This document shows, piece after piece, positions 1 to 12,252 of a stretch of DNA of 64,000 bases. Below the pieces are notes generated by a model that saw only the letters and a list, made by a program, of their open reading frames with translations, did no database searches and was not told the origin of the DNA. The stretch's first letter is position 1, and the number at the start of each line of letters is the position of its first letter. The stretch is from Rebecca billardiae RCC1528 (taxonomy: Eukaryota > Protista > Haptophyta). The translations under genes and the position numbers were made by a program. The DNA lies in NCBI GenBank assembly GCA_965240325.2, contig OZ251251.1, positions 248,001-312,000 of the forward strand. The letters run 5' to 3'.

Positions 1-474
1 AGAGGTGCTCGGGGACGACGGGGGTGGGCGCACGCGGCCGACCGCGAGGGGGCAGCCAGCCACGGGCCCGAGAGCGCGGCCCGCCGACGCCTGGCTGCGC
101 GCGGCGGCGCTGTCGCCACTTCCTGGTCTCGACCGGCGCAGCGCCGTGGCCTTTGACTTTCGTACTAGACTGCTCAGCGGCAGGCTTCCGAACGAGTTCA
201 GAAGCACAGCCCACACCTGTGCTCACCTGTGCCGTCATCACTCGTCATCCAGCGATGGCCGCTATCTGCACGGCCGCCCCGACTGTCCACCTCCTACGGA
301 CAACGACGGCCTGACTTGCTACTGAGGCGGGTACAAATCGCCAGGACAGCAAAGCTGCTATTGAGCCCGCCCTCCATCATCATCAACACACGTCTCACAA
401 GGCACGCACGGGCGCAGCGCCCGGCTGGCGGAGCCGCCCCCAACCCTCGCGCGCGCTCGGGCCCGCGGCGCCCG

Positions 475-1521
475 ATGTGGGGCCCCGAGCCGGAGGACGT
501 CGGGCTGCTCCCGCAGCCGCTCAACCCGCGCGCCGACACCGTCTACCCCGACGACGTCGTCTGCCGCCGCTCGCAGCCCACCGTGCTCGGGCGCGTGTGC
601 TGCGTGCCGCTGCCCGAGGGCGGCGGCGAGGGCGGCGGGCCGGGCGCCGAGGCGCACATCTACTGGCTCGGGCCCGACGCGAACGACTGCATGGAGCGCA
701 TCGACGAGCTCCGCGTCGTCGACCGCGCGCTCCTCCACGGCGACCTCGTCGCCGCCGCCGACGGTCGGATCGGCCTCGTCACCGCCTCGAGGCTCGAGCT
801 CGAGCTGCGGCTGCCGGACGGGCGCACGCTGCACGCAGTGGACAGCGCGGACGTGCGCGCACGCGCACGCGCGCACACAGCCGCGCCCCGCCGCGGGCCC
901 GTGACACTGCGCGCGCGCGATGCCTGCCTACGTCTGTACTCTGCCTGTCCGACGCGCGTCACGCGCCGCCGCGCGCCGCCTCGCCCCCGGCCCCGCGCGG
1001 CGCGCGCGCCGCGCGGCGTCGCAGGTGCAGCACCTGCAGCCATTCCGCTCGGGCACGTGGGTCGTCTCGACCGACGGCTGGCTCGGCAGGTCAGCTGCGC
1101 GCGCCGCCGAGCGCCGCGCCGCCGCGCCGCCGCGATCGCCTTTGCGCCTGTCGCAAGCGCGCGCGCGCGCCGAGCGCTGACGAGCGCGCCGCCGCGCCGG
1201 CGGCCGCCGCGCGCTCGCGCAGGGTGGAGTCGTGGGTCGAGGACGTCGAGCTCGAGCTGCCGCGCAACGCCTCGCCGCGCCTGCCGCCCGGCCTAAAATT
1301 GGGCGAGCGCGGCGCGCCTGCGGCCGCGGGCAGCGCGGCCGGACCAAGGCCGGGCGGCGGCGTGGCGGGCGGTGCTGGCGGCGGTGGGCAGGGCGACAGC
1401 GTGGGCGTGCCGCTCGGCGGTGCCGTGCTCGTCGCCCCGGCGGGGGCGGCGGACTCCCGCCCGTCGGGCTCGGCCGCGGCCGCAGCCGAGCCCGCGGCAG
1501 CCGGCGGCGGCGCCTTTGCTT

Positions 1522-1560
<39 letters not shown>

Positions 1561-4500
1561 CGGCGGGCGCGCTCGGCGGCGGCGGTGGGAGCGCGGAGGA
1601 CGAGCGCTCGGGCCTCGCGCCGCCCGTCACCTGCCTCTCCGCCACGCTCTCCCCCTCCGGCAAGGCCACCCTCGTCCTCCGCGGCGCCTCGAGCGCGCAC
1701 CTGCGTCCGACTGTGTGCATGTGCGCGCAGCCGCATAGCAGCCAGCATGGCGCCCTGTTCTATCCCTCCATGGTGCGCGCGGCCGGCGCGAGCGCGCATG
1801 CCCCCGGTGGGCGGGCGGCGCCACGCCGGCTGGAGCGGGCGCGGGAAGGGGGGTCGCGGCGCGCGGCCGGCACGAAAGTGCATGCGCGCGCGCGGGCCGC
1901 GCCCACGCCCCTAACCCTACCCCCTAACCCTAATCCGCCCTAACACCCCTCCGTGCGTCGCCCACGCCCCTCACCCTACCCCCTAACCCTAATCCGCCCT
2001 AACACTCCCCTCCGTGCGTGCACGCCGCTCAGACCGTACGCGCCGCCTCGCCCGAGCTCTCAAGGCTGCTCGGCGGCTCGCACGTCGTGGCCACGGTCAC
2101 GCGCGTGTCTCCGGCGGAGGTGGCGGTGGCGTGGGTGGCGCAGTGCGCGCAGGCAGCGGCGGAGGGGGGCGGGGGCGGTGGGCTCGGCGGCGGGGGCGCG
2201 GCTGGCTCGGCGGCCGGCGGCGCCGACGGCGCCGAGCCCGCCGCCACCGACCCCGCCGGCACACCCGCCGCCTCGGGCGCCGCGCCGCCCGCCGAGCGCG
2301 TGCGCGCGGCTACCCTCCGCCCACTCAGCTATTACTCACACACGTGGTGGTGCCTCGGGGACTTGGCGCTGCTGCCAGGTGCGCGCCCACGCCCCTAGCC
2401 TTAACCCTAGCCCCAGGCGTGCGTCTCGGCGCGCGCGCGGCGGGGGCGTGGACTAGCTCCGCGCGCGCGCTCCCGTGCGCGCGTGCGCACGCGCGCACGG
2501 CCCCGCTCACGCGCCCCGACCCTCCACCCTCCACCCCGCAACCCTACCACGCCTATCCCCCTATCCCTACCACCCTACCCTACCCATATTCACCCCTATT
2601 CACCCAGACGGCTCGGGCGAGCCGGTGGTAGGCGAGGTGTGCGGCATGGGCACGCGGCTGGCCGTGTGTTGGCAGGACGGCTCGACCGAGCCGGAAGTGC
2701 ATGCGGCGGACCTGTGCCTGCACAGCCCGGGGCCTCACAACTTCTTTCCGCACGAGGTGGTGCGGCGCCGCTCGCCCGGGCTGGCGGCGGCGGCGGCGGC
2801 GGCCGCGGCCGCCGCCGCCGCTGTGGGGCCCGCGGGCGCGGCCGCGGGCTCGGCGGCACCGGGCGGCGCGGCGGGCACGCACGCCGCCGCGGGCGCGGCC
2901 GCCGAGCCCGGCGCCGCGCCGCCGCCGCCGCCGCCGCACGCGTACGTGGTCCAATCGATGGACGTGGTGACGCGCATGGTGACGCTTCGGCCGTGGGTGC
3001 GGCCGCGCGCCACCCACGCCGCCGCCGTCGGCGGCGGCGTGAGCGGCGGCGGCGGCGGCTGGCTCGGCGCAGCGGCTGGCGGCGGCCCGAGCGCGCAGAC
3101 GCCGCCGCCGCCGTTCACGCCGCCGCCTTCTGGCGAAGCCTCGCCCCACGCAGCAGCAGCTGCAGCCGCGTCGAGCGGCGGTGGCGGCGCATCCGACGGC
3201 GCGCCGCCCTCCGATTCAGACGACGACGACGACGACGATGGCGCGGCGCTCCGTGCCCTTGCCGATGACTTTGGCCTGGCTGCGGCGGCGGAGGGCGGCG
3301 GCGGCGGCGCGGACTCGGCGGAGGCGGTGGAGGCGGCAATGGCGCGATACGCACGGCGCGTGGAGCGCAAGGCTGCGGCGTGGGCGCAGCAGCAGGCGCA
3401 GCGCGTGCCGCCGCCGGGCGCGTCCGCGGCGGCCGGCAGCCCGCCCGCCGCGCCCGCACCCGCCACCGCCGCCACGCACACCGGCACCGACGCCGCCGCC
3501 GCCGCCGCCGCCGCCGGCGCAGGGGCCGCCGGCTGGTCAGAGGGCTGGGTGCTGGCGCCGCCATCCTGCACGGTCGATGTGTCGGCGTACGAGCTCGCGC
3601 TCGACAGGGAGCTGAGCTACCGGCTGGGGGACATCGTGGTGCTGCTGCCGCCGATGGGCGCGGGGGCGGCGCCGCCGCTGCCGCTGCAGGGGCCGCAGCC
3701 GCCCGCGCCGGGCTCGGCGCGCGGCGTGGTGGGTGTGGGCGGCGGCGCCGGCAGCGCGGCCGCCGCCGACTCCGGCCCGCCCCTGGACCCCCCGCATGCC
3801 TCCGCGCCGCCCGCGACCGTCGGCGAAGTGATCGGGCTTGTCGACGGCTGCGTGCGCGTCGCGTGGGTCGACCGCTCGGTGTCGGTCGTCCACCCGGCGA
3901 GATTGTATCTCGTGCTCTCGGAGGAGGAGGAGTCCGGGCTCCCGGACTCGGCCGGCCCGGACTTTGAGGGCGGCCATGCGGATGGAGGGCCAAGCGGCGC
4001 GGGCGGCGCGGCGGGCGGCGGCGGCGCGCGCGGCGGCGGCGCCTCGGAGGAGGACGAGGACGACGACGACATTATCGACATTGACGATGACGACGGGCGC
4101 GGCGGCGGCGGCGCGGCCGGCTTTGCCGCCGCCGCCGCCGGCCCCAGCCTGCTGCTGCCGCCGCAGCTGAGCGCGCTGGCGGCGGCGGCGCGCGCCGAGT
4201 CCGCCGCTCTGGCGCGCGGCGGCGGCGGCGAGGAGGAGGAGGAGCGCGGTGACTTGGCTGGCGAGGGCGGCGGCGCGGGTGGCGGCGCGGCCCTGGTGTT
4301 TTTCGACGCGGCCGCGCCCGCGCTGCCCGCGCCGACCGGCGTGGCGGCGGCCGCGGGCGACTCGGCCGCCGCAGCCGGCGCCGACGGCGGCGGCGGCGGC
4401 GGTGGCGATGGCGGCAGCGGCGGCGGCAGCGCCGCGCTTTCGCCCGCCCGCCCGCCTGCGCTCGCGCGCTCCGAGTCGGCTCCCTCCTCCGCCGCAGCGG

Positions 4501-4647
4501 ACGACGAGGAGTTCGCCTCCGCGCCCGCAACGCCGCTTGGGTCGCCGCGGCGCGAGCCGGCGGCGGGCGGCGCCGCGGCCGCGGGCTCGGCGGCGGAGGC
4601 GGCGGGCGGCAGCGGCAGCGGCGGCGGCAGCGGCAGCGGCGGCGGCA

Positions 4648-4680
<33 letters not shown>

Positions 4681-5257
4681 GCGGCGGCGGCATGTTTGAG
4701 GTGCTCGAGACGCCGCCGCCCGCCTCGCACTTCTTCTATGGCGCAGCGCCCGCGCCGCAGCCGGAGCCGGCCGCCGCCGCCGCCGCCGACGGCGCCGCGC
4801 CCGCGCCGCCGCCGCCGGCCGCCGCAGCCGCAGCCGCAGCCACCGCGAGCGGCGGCGGCGCGTCCGCGGCGCCACCGCCCGCCGCCGCCGCCGCCGCCGG
4901 CGCGAGCGCGCCCACTGACCCGCGCTGGCGGCGCGCGGTGATGCGCGACTGGCGCAGCCTGCGCTCCTCGCTACCCGAGGGCGTGACCGTCCTTGCGTAC
5001 GCGCAGCGCATGGACCTACTGCGCGCTCTTGTCACGGTGTGTGCGCGCTCGGGCGCGCGCGCGACACCGCCGCCCGCCCGCGCGCGCGCGCGTCGCGCGT
5101 CGCGGCGCGGTGGCACGCGAGCGCGCGCCTGCGTCCGCGCGCGTCCGCGCGAGGGCTGCGTGGGGCGCGTGCGCGGCGCAGGCCCATGCGCCATGCGTGC
5201 CGCCACACACACCACGCACGCGCGCGCACACACACCACACGCACACACGCACACACG

Positions 5258-5290
<33 letters not shown>

Positions 5291-6732
5291 ACGCACACGC
5301 ACACACACACACACGCACACACACACGCACACACACACACGCACACACACACGCACACACACACGCACACACGCACACACACACGCACACACACACGCAC
5401 ACACACCACGCGCACACACACACCGCGCGCGCGCACACACACCGCACCGCACACACCGCGCACACCGCACACCGCGCAGGGTCCGTCCGGCACGCCGTAC
5501 GCGCACACAGTCCTGCTCTTCGACGTGGGGCTGCCCCCGAACTATCCGGCCTCGCCGCCGCGGCTGCACTTCCATTCGCACGGCGACCGGGTCAACCCGA
5601 ATCTGTACGAGTCCGGGCGGGTGTGCCTCTCGCTGCTGGGCACGTGGGCAGGGCAGGCCTCCGAGCGCTGGAGCGCCGCCTCCTCGCTCCTGCAGGTGCG
5701 CGCTGCTGCCCTGCTACGCGTGCGGCGCCTAGTACTCCTCCCCAATGCACGCGACTGCACGCATGCGTGCTGTCTCCTATTCTCCTTCTTTCCTGCGCGC
5801 GGGTTTCTTTTTCTTTTTCTTTTTTACGACTTGCTGCGCGAGTTGTCCATTTGTGCGCGGTCGCTTCGGCCGGCCGCGGCGCTCACGGCTGCCGGCGCCG
5901 CGCGTGCGCTGCGCGCGCGTGGCGTGCCGCCGCGCAGGTGTTCATCTCGGTGCAGGCGCTGATCCTCACGCCCGAGCCCTTCTACAACGAGCCCGGCTAT
6001 GAGGTCAGCGCTGCACCGCGCGCGCGCGGCGCCGCCGCCGCGCGCGCGGCGCGCACACGCGCGCGGCGCGCGGCGCGCACGCAGGCGGCATCGGCCCTGA
6101 ATTGTTTTTTTCATGGGATTGTTTCTGTTGACGCGTGCGTGGTCGCGCCCCGGCCCCGTGTGCCGGCGCGCGTCGCGCCGCAGGTGGAGCGCGGCACGGC
6201 GAAGGGCGCCGAGTCGTCGCGCCTCTACTCCGAGGGGGCACGCCTACTCACCCTTGGTCACGTGGTCGCGCAGATCCGCAGCCCCGCGCCCGACACCGCC
6301 GCGCACGTGCGCGCGCACTACGCGCGCGCGGGGCCGCGGCTGCTGGCGGAGGCGCGCGCGGTGCTCGAGGCGCGCGCGCGCGCGGACGCGCTGGCTGCGG
6401 CTCGCGCTGCTGCCGGAGGCGGCGGGGGCGCCGCTGGGGCCGGCGCCGCGCCCGGCGCCGCGCCCGGTGCCGCGCCAGCAGACGCCGCCGCGCCCGCCGC
6501 GGCGGTCGCGCCGGCCACAACCGCCGCGGCCGTTCCGCCGGCCGTTACCGCCAGCGCGCCGGCGCCGCCCTCGCGCGGCTTCTGCATCGCCCTGCGCAAG
6601 CTGCTGCCCGGACTGGAGGCGGCGGTGGCGCAGGCGGTGGCGGAGGCGGCGCTGGAGGACGAGGCGGCGGGTGGCGCGGCGGAGGCGGAGGCGGTGGCTT
6701 CAGCTCCCGCCGCGAATGCGCCGTTGACTTGA
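475..6732 (+). CDS. UBE2O: UBE2O/UBC23-24-like large E2/E3 hybrid ubiquitin-conjugating enzyme (spliced, about 8 exons)
   Basis: Approximate exons 475-852, 1025-1089, 1223-1772, 2033-2378, 2608-5036, 5480-5695, 5938-6003, 6184-6732, joined by GT-AG introns. UBC domain: 'RMDLLRALVT|GPSGTPYAHTVLLFDVGLPPNYPASPPRLHF...NPNLYESGRVCLSLLGTW...SSLLQ|VFISVQALILTPEPFYNEPGYE' with the catalytic Cys. N-terminal 'VVDRALLHGDLV' and 'VCWQDGSTE...HNFFPHEVV' blocks are typical of the UBE2O family. Confidence 0.9.
1910..2017. repeat. Intronic telomere-like (CCCTAA) repeats within a short duplication
   Basis: ccctaaccctaccccctaaccctaatccgccctaacac... occurs twice inside UBE2O intron 3. Confidence 0.8.
5205..5470. 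repeat. (CA)n/(CACG)n microsatellite inside a UBE2O intron
   Basis: Directly visible within intron 5037-5479. Confidence 0.95.
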
Positions 6733-7668
6733 ATGCCGGCAGCAGCGGCAGCAGCAGCGCGGAGCCATGCTGAAGCCTGGCGCTGCTTGCTGCGTGCTGA
6801 TATATATATATATATTGATGCCGCATGCCCGCCGCCGCCTCGTCGGGTAGCTCGTCAATCATTGCCATTCGGGTGGCTTTGAGTTTGAGTCGGACGTCGT
6901 CGCCGAGCCATGCAGATGCACGCGGCATCGTCATCGTCGTCAGCAGGGGGCGGCGCCTGAATTTAGGCTGCTCGCTGTCCGATCCGATCGAGAACGAATC
7001 ATCTATATCTATTATATACCATCCGATCATGACGATGGCGCGCGCGCGCGCCATCGTCATCATGATGCTATACTACGATGACTGCGCTATACGCGACGAC
7101 GATATACTGATGAGCAGTATGCATGCTGCTGAGTCCTGCTGACGACGATGACGAATGATGGGCGGGGCGCGCGCTACTCTTGCGGCATGGGCATGGCACT
7201 GTCTGATACCGCGGAATGACGGCCGCGCACGGCGTGGCAGCATACGGATTACGGAGTCGTGAGCGACGCGAGTCCGAGAGTTACTGAGTAGCCAGCTGAT
7301 ACTCTAGCCCGAACACTACGGCCGCGGGCGGACGGGCTCAACCGCGCCAATGACGATGATGAACTCGCTACTGGCCTACTGCTTACGCGGCGGCGGCGCC
7401 GTCGCCCGAGCACACGTCGGACGCGGGCCGCGGCAGGCCTCAAGCGCCGCCGCCCGGTCGGTCACCGCCCGCCGTACTTGCAACAGCAGGGAGTAGTCGG
7501 GAAGCTTCGCGCTCGGCCGCGCGGCCGCCGCGGCCGCGCGCTCCGCCGCCGCCGCATGCAGGGCCCACGCCCGGGTAACGGTTACCACTCGCCGCCGCCA
7601 CCCGCCACCCGAGCTCGCCGAGCTCGGCGACCAGCACGATGCCGCGCCGCCGCCCGGTGCGGGTGGCC

Positions 7669-10133
7669 TCAGTCCGAGCCCTTGGCCGCGCGCGTGCGCG
7701 CGGCGGAGCGCGTCACGCGCGCGGTCGCGCCGTGCCCGGCGCCCGGCGGCGCCTCGTTCGCCGCCGAGCCACGCCGGGGCTGCAGCGCCGCCGCGCCGCC
7801 GCGCGCGCCGCCCGTCGGCGGCGTGCGCTGCAGCGAGCGCCGTGGCCGGCCCGCGCTGCCACGCGCGCGCGCGCCGCCGCCGCCAGCCGCCGCCTCCTCC
7901 GCCTCGCCCGCGTCAGCCGCCCTCTCCAGCGCCTCCCGGATCGCGCCGACCGGACTTCGCGACACGGAGTGCGACTTGGTGTCAGGTGAGTCGCCCGCGC
8001 CCGCGCCCGCCGGCCCCGCCGCCGACGCGGGCGCGGCGCGCGGCGCGCGGCGCGCGCCGCCGTCCACGGCGTCATCGGAGCGCGCGCGCGCGAGCGAGCC
8101 GGCGGCCGAGCCGCCGCCGCCGGCCGCGACCCGGCCGGCGAGCAGCTCGGAGAGGTCGGAGGACTGGCGGCGGATCTCACGAACGTCCTTCTGGAGTGCC
8201 GCCATCGCCTCCGCCTGCGCCTCCGCAGGGTCCGACCAGCGCAGTAGCGCGCGCGCCGCGGCGAGGCACGCCGTGCACAGCGCGAGCCGCCGCAGGGCCC
8301 ACAGCCGCGCGTGCACCGCCTCCGGCCCCGCCGGGCTGCCGAGGTCGGAGATCGCGATCACGAGCCGCTCGAGCGTCCAGTTGGCGCCGAGCACCGCCAG
8401 CATGTGTGAGCGCGCGCCCGCCGTGCGCTTTGTCGAGGAGAGCAGTACCGCCGCAAACACGCACAGCTGGCGGTGGGGCGGTGCGGCGCGGCGAGAAGGG
8501 ATGGCGGCGGCGGCGGTGGGGGCGGGGATGGTGGGCGGTCGCCGCAGGGTCCGGCCAGTCAGGGGGCGGTCGCGGGCGCCAGCGCGCGCACGCGCGCCAA
8601 GCCGCGCTTGGCGGGCGTGATCGCCAGCCAAGGGGCGGCGCGGGTAGGGTGACGGTTACAGATGACGGTTACGGCCGTGCGGCCGCGCGCACACACCGCG
8701 TGTAGAAGGCCGCCGCCTTCTACGCGGGGCCACGGGTCGGGCGCGGGGGTAGGGCTGGCAAGGGTAGGGCTGGCGCGCGCGCACCGTGTAGAAGGCCGCT
8801 GCCTTGAGGTCGAAGAATTCCCCGAGAAAGGCCGCGTGCAGCTCAAGCAGCGCGCCCAGCTGGGTTAGAACTTCTGCCTGCCGCGTAGCGAACGCCTCCT
8901 GAGCCGCGTGCAGTCGCTCTGCGCGCGCGCGCGCCACCGCCGGGCCGCGCCGACGCCGCGCGGGGCCGGCGTGTGTGAGCCGGCGGCGGGTGTGCGGGCG
9001 GCGGGGCGCGGCGGCCGCGAGCGCTAACAGTCGATCCCGCACGCCAGGGTTTAGGGTTGGGTTAGGGTTCGCTCACTGTCGATCCCGCACGCCAGGGTTT
9101 AGGGTTGGGTTAGGGTTCGCTCACTGTCGATCCCACACGCCAGGGTTTAGGGTTGGGTTAGGGTTCGCTCACTGTCGATCCCGCACGCCAGGGTTTAGGG
9201 TTAGGGTTAGGGTTCGCTCACTGTCGATCCCACACGCCAGGGGTCTCCGCGCGCGCGCGCTCGGGCGCGCGCGCACCCATCGTCTCGGCGGAGGCGCTCG
9301 CCATCGCGCCGAGGCCGTGCAGCGACGTCGCCGTGCGCTCGAACCGCCCCGCCTCCTCCGCGCTCAGCTCCCGAATCTGCCCCGCGAGCGCGCCGGTCGC
9401 CGCCTGCGCTTCCGCCTGCCGGGCCGCAGCCGCGTCGAGCCCTTGGCTGATGCGCGCGGAGGCGGCGGCGAGCTCGTCGAGGCCGCTGAGCGCGGTGTCG
9501 ACGGCGCCGTGCAGCGAGGCCACGGCGTGCTCCGTGCGCGCCTGCGCACGCGCACGCGCACGCGCGCACGGGTCATGGGCGTGCCCACCCGCGAGCGCGC
9601 GCGCGCCGTGTGCACTGGGCGCACGCGCGCACGGCGCGCGCGGCGCGCGTGGCGGCGAGTCGCGCGCGCGCGCGCGCACGGCGCGGCGCGCGCGCCTGGA
9701 AGGCTTCGGACTGCACGTAGAAGCACATCGACTCGGCGTGCTGGTAGAACGTCGTGTACACCGTGTACGGCAGACCGTTGGGCGCGGCGGCCATTGGGCC
9801 GGTGCACTGCTCGATACTCATCTCGTACTCACATGGGTACGTGGGCAGGCCGGACTTGGCGAGGTGGCAGTTGGCGAAGCGCACGGCGAGGCGCGACTGC
9901 GCCACGTCGTCCAGCCCCTTGCAGCCCCCCTGCAGCGCGTCCACGGCCTCGCGCCAGCACGTCGTGCCGCCGCGCCCGGCGCTCATCAGCTCATCGAGCT
10001 GCGCCTTGCCCGCGCGCGCGCGCGCGTCGGCAGCGGCGTCGTGCTGGAAGACGGCGGGCGCGGCGCCAGGGGCGGCGGTGGACGTCGGGGCGAAGAGGCC
10101 CGCCCCCACGAGCAGCGGCGCGAGCGCGAGCAT
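7669..10133 (-). CDS. GEX1: GEX1/Brambleberry/Kar5-family nuclear envelope fusion (karyogamy) protein
   Basis: Approximate exons 10133-9696 (GC donor), 9541-9277, 8918-8785, 8466-7669. Signal peptide MLALAPLLVGAGLFA; Cys-rich domain 'CWREAVDALQGGCKGLDDVAQSRLAVRFANCHLAKSGLPTYPC...IEQCTGPM...YTTFYQHAESMCFYVQSEAFQ'; then coiled coil, 2-3 hydrophobic segments and a basic tail. This is the family architecture. Confidence 0.88.
9030..9242. repeat. 48-49 bp minisatellite (about 4.4 units) containing TTAGGG telomeric repeats, in GEX1 intron 2
   Basis: Unit gtcgatcccgcacgccagggtttagggttgggttagggttcgctcact starts at 9030, 9078, 9126, 9174 and 9223. Confidence 0.95.
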
Positions 10134-10349
10134 CTGCCTCGTGCCCGTGGCAGCCAGAAGGCAGGGACTCGGCGCCGGAGCGCGCGCACGCGGCTTGGTG
10201 ACCGATTTCAAACGGCCTGCCCAGGGCTGCCGGTCCGGCTTGTACAGCACCGCCGTGGTCCGGACCGTTGTCGGCGAGGCCCGCCGCGCGGGCGCGTCTC
10301 GGACCTCGGCGAGTCCGCGCCCGGCGGCGGCGGCGGTGCACAGGCAAAG

Positions 10350-11108
10350 ATGTCGATCGTGCAGTCGGCGCTGTGCGCGACGTCGTCGGTCGCGCGGCAG
10401 CGACCGACGCTCTTCTTCTTCCCCTCGCTCCGCGCCGCCCCCGTCTGGTCGCTCGCCGACCTCCGCCCCGCGCAGCGCGACGCCATCGCCGCGCTCGCGG
10501 ACGCGACGCCCGCCATCGCCGCCGAGTACGACGCGCTCGCGTCCGCCGGACTCCCGTCGGACTACTCGACGAAGGACGCGAGCCGGCAGGACGGCGAGCA
10601 CCGGCTGCACGACGGGCAGTGGGACTGGCACTCGTACGTCAAGAAGGGCGAGCGCCAGGCGCCCTTTGCCGCGCACTGCCCGCGCACGGCAGCCATGCTG
10701 GAGCGGGTGCCCGGGCTGATGACCGGCCTTCCATTTGGGTTCGCGTTCTTCTCGACGCTGCACGCGCGCTCGAGCATCGCGCCGCACACCGCGCCGTGCA
10801 ACCTGCGCGTGCGCTGCCACCTGCCCCTGCGCACGCCCGCCGCCGCCGCCGCCGCCGCCGAGCCGCCGGCGTGTGGGATCGAGATTGCGCGAGATACGTC
10901 CGCGTGGATCGTTGGCCAGCCCCTGCTCTTCGACGACAGCTACGAGCACCGCGTGTGGAACCACACGGACGAGCCGCGCGTGCTGCTGCTCTTCGACCTC
11001 TGGCACCCGGACCTCGCCGACTCCGAGCGTGCCGAGATCAGCGAGATGTTCGAGCGCGCGCAGCGAGAGCGAGCAGCAGCGGCCGCGGCGCGCACGGGGG
11101 GCGCGTGA
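10350..11108 (+). CDS. Aspartyl/asparaginyl beta-hydroxylase-domain 2OG-Fe(II) dioxygenase
   Basis: Single exon; 'FAFFSTLHARSSIAPHTAPCNLRVRCHLPL...LLFDDSYEHRVWNHTDEPRVLLLFDLWHPDL' matches the Asp_Arg_Hydrox signature. ATG at 10350. Confidence 0.92.
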   Translation: MSIVQSALCATSSVARQRPTLFFFPSLRAAPVWSLADLRPAQRDAIAALADATPAIAAEYDALASAGLPSDYSTKDASRQDGEHRLHDGQWDWHSYVKKGERQAPFAAHCPRTAAMLERVPGLMTGLPFGFAFFSTLHARSSIAPHTAPCNLRVRCHLPLRTPAAAAAAAEPPACGIEIARDTSAWIVGQPLLFDDSYEHRVWNHTDEPRVLLLFDLWHPDLADSERAEISEMFERAQRERAAAAAARTGGA

Positions 11109-11825
11109 GGGCTGCGCCGCCGCCTGCGCTCGCGGCCCGCCGCAACCGGTCGGGGAGCGGCGACGGAGTTAGCAGGCGCAGTCGTTTTGCCAGGCGGTGC
11201 ACCGCGAGTCTTCGGTGTGACACACGCGGCGCAGCAGCAGCTATCTATCGTCACTGGCTACCGCGAGCTGGAAGTGCTGATCGACCACCGCTGTCCGCTG
11301 GCGGCGGCGCCCGGCCGTGCCGGCGTGGGTCCGGCCCGGGGGGCCGCCTCATAATGCAAGTTAGGTGGAGCTCGCTCGCAGGATAGCTATATACTACGAC
11401 TGATTCCGCGAGCGCTATATAGCGCAGCTTCAGATTCATCGATCAGTCCCGGTCAATTCGTCCGGGTATCATTATATATATTAATATATATATATATATC
11501 AATATATAAGCAGTATCAAATATATATTTATATAGCTAGTCCGAAGGCAAGTAATCCGACGGACCGGATCCGGGATCGACCCCGTCACCCTCGGATGTCA
11601 GGCTTCGCAGAGTAACTGACAGACTACTGCTGAGTATTGAGTAAGCAGTTCGTGGCATCGACATCAGTCGCAGCAGCGTGCCCGCCCGGGCCCACTATCC
11701 GGGATGCGTCATGCGGAGAGTGGCGCCAGTCAGCGGGCCGCGGCGCGCCCATAGATGGCGAGGTGACGCGCCCCCGCCTCCCGCGCGCCTGACGCCGTCG
11801 CCAGCAGCGTGGCGCAGCGGGCTGC

Positions 11826-12220
11826 TCAGAGCGACCAGCCCGGCGCGGCCGCGTCCGCCGCCGCCTCCCCTTCCCTCGCGCCGCCGCCGCCGCGCAGCGC
11901 CAGCAGCTGACGGACGAACACGGAGAAGCGCAGCGTGCCGAGCGCGACCGCGGTGATGGCGGCGATGAGGTGCGCGTTGTCCTCGCCCCACTCGCGCCAC
12001 GAGTACGGCTCCCACTCCACCGCCTCCTCCCCCTCCTCCTGGGAGTCCGATTCTCCCGGGCTCCCCTCCGCCGCGCCGCCGCCGCCGCCGCGGCCCTTCT
12101 GCGTGGCGGGCGCGTCGTCGTCGTCGTCGTCGTCGTCGAGCTCGGTGAAGCGCGCGGTGGACGACGAGGCCGCGCCCACGTCCCCGTCCAGGGCGTCCAG
12201 CTCGCCCGACCCCGCGGGCG

Positions 12221-12252
<32 letters not shown>

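Noticed and set aside
9046-9214. Chromosome end or telomere
   Set aside because: Only short tracts, embedded in introns of intact genes
9333-10349. N-terminal extension of the dioxygenase ORF (591 aa in the track)
   Set aside because: It is the antisense shadow of GEX1 exons; the recognisable protein begins at ATG 10350
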